A stretch of 64,000 nt of DNA, from assembly GCA_964613985.1 (NCBI GenBank), contig CAZTJD010000003.1, positions 35,791 to 99,790 on the forward strand, written 5' to 3'. Below the pieces are notes generated by a model. The model searched no databases, was not told the origin of the DNA, and saw only the letters and a list, made by a program, of their open reading frames with translations. Below, one piece after another: positions 62,764 through 64,000 of this stretch (positions within the stretch are counted from its first letter, which is position 1; every line of letters begins with the position of its first letter). The stretch comes from an uncultured Anaerolineales bacterium (GTDB taxonomy: Bacteria > Chloroflexota > Anaerolineae > Anaerolineales > UBA11858). The position numbers and the translations under genes were made by a program.

Positions 62764-63414
62764 ATGTTCGGATTTTCCTTATCCACCATAATTTCACGAA
62801 TCATTGTACTGCTAACGGCTTTCTCAGTCCATGAATTTGCTCATGCCTGGACGGCGGATCACTTCGGGGATGATACCCCCCGTTATAACGGTCGCCTGAC
62901 TCTGAACCCACTGGCTCACCTGGATCCGATGGGCTCATTAATGTTGCTCATAGCCGGGTTCGGCTGGGCGAAACCAGTTCCTGTAAACCCCTACAACTTG
63001 CGCCGTCACTCAGAATCAGCAATGATGTGGGTTTCGTTGGCAGGTCCAATGTCCAATTTTTTGATGGCGATCCTGGCAGCAATCCCATTTCGCCTGGGTC
63101 TTGTTTCCGTGGCGAATGCTTTTCAAACTGGCAATGGTCTTTTTCCAACTTTAGCGCAATTTCTTTTTCAATTCATCACGATCAATCTGATCCTGATGTT
63201 GTTTAATTTGATCCCACTGGCACCGTTAGATGGCGAAAAGATTGCGGACTTTTTCTTTCCTCCCTCATGGTCTGACTTCCTGGCTCGTATCCGACCCTAT
63301 GGCCCAATAATCTTGTTGTTGCTCTTCATCGCCGGACCTTATCTGGGCTTCGATATCCTGGGTTGGATCTTAGGTCCGCCACTGAATTTTTTGTTTAAGC
63401 TATTAGTTGGATGA
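62764..63414 (+). CDS. Site-2 protease family (M50) membrane metalloprotease
   Basis: HEFAH, GRLTLNPLAHLDP, GWAKPVP, AGPMSN, FNLIPLAPLDG. Confidence 0.92.
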   Translation: MFGFSLSTIISRIIVLLTAFSVHEFAHAWTADHFGDDTPRYNGRLTLNPLAHLDPMGSLMLLIAGFGWAKPVPVNPYNLRRHSESAMMWVSLAGPMSNFLMAILAAIPFRLGLVSVANAFQTGNGLFPTLAQFLFQFITINLILMLFNLIPLAPLDGEKIADFFFPPSWSDFLARIRPYGPIILLLLFIAGPYLGFDILGWILGPPLNFLFKLLVG

Positions 63415-63980
63415 GGCCAGAGGAAAACCGCTACCCAGGTCACTTTAGCTACCATAAGCGCTTGCGCTACCGGATAAGCCAGTTTCGGTCTGTGCTACGA
63501 GCCACACCACTTCCTGATAGCGAGTTATCCCTGGCTCAGTCGGTGTTGACAGAACCGCAAATGGCACTGTTTGTTCGTCTCCACCCAAGCGAACAGGAAC
63601 ATGGTTTACGAGTACTGCAGGCTCTTCGAAATCAAGGAGAAGCCAACCTGGATTTACTTGCCGCTGCTTTACTCCACGACGTTGGCAAGGTCTGCCATCC
63701 ACTGCAACCCTGGGAGAGGGTCTTGATCGTGCTGGCAAAGAAGTTGGTCCCCCGTCAGGTCGTTCATTGGGGGGATGGTGAACCGAAAGGGTGGAAGCGC
63801 CCTTTTGTGATTTCCAGCAAGCACCCCGAGTGGGGTGCACAACTGGTCTCGAAAACTGGTGCATCTCCGCTGCTGCTAGCATTGATCCGGGAGCATGAGA
63901 GGAAACCTTTGAAGGAGAACCAGGAAGGCTTGAAGGATCAATTGTTGGCTGCGCTGCAAGAGGTGGATGATTGGAATTGA
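63411..63980 (+). CDS. HD-domain phosphohydrolase
   Basis: EQEHG, AALLHDVGK, HPEWGA, REHE, EVDD; ATGA overlap with the protease gene. Confidence 0.85.
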   Translation: MRPEENRYPGHFSYHKRLRYRISQFRSVLRATPLPDSELSLAQSVLTEPQMALFVRLHPSEQEHGLRVLQALRNQGEANLDLLAAALLHDVGKVCHPLQPWERVLIVLAKKLVPRQVVHWGDGEPKGWKRPFVISSKHPEWGAQLVSKTGASPLLLALIREHERKPLKENQEGLKDQLLAALQEVDDWN

Positions 63981-64000
63981 ATAAAGGGTAAAATTGTATA

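Overview
Chromosomal, mostly housekeeping window. The gene set and repeat families suggest a Chloroflexota (Anaerolineae-like) bacterium: NBR1-Ig lipoprotein, multi-GAF kinase, MSMEG_4193/DUF3090/SCO1664 genes and bacterial Elp3. This assignment is inferred from recalled family distributions, with no database search. About 45 intact CDSs are present, including rarA, mntP, hom, a thiolase, ogt, an ABC-2 exporter, addB/addA, gatB, gdhA, elp3, ftsK, rnz and rsmI, plus a few pseudogene remnants. I recognised no rRNA, tRNA, CRISPR array, integrase or transposase. The strongest candidate for an undescribed system is elp3 lying head-to-head with a SAM methyltransferase that carries Trm9/ALKBH8-like motifs. 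That pairing suggests a eukaryote/archaea-type cm5U to mcm5U wobble-uridine pathway in a bacterium. Second is a stand-alone six-bladed GyrA-CTD-like protein with an N-terminal coiled coil, coupled to a YegD-like Hsp70. Also notable: an AT-rich Mre11/YhaN-like pair splitting a conserved kinase/phosphatase triad, a degenerate AbiEii-like toxin-antitoxin pair plus an orphan nuclease upstream of addBA, MITE-like elements enclosing REP-like palindromes, probable leaderless genes, and a palindromic operator at a near-consensus sigma70 promoter.
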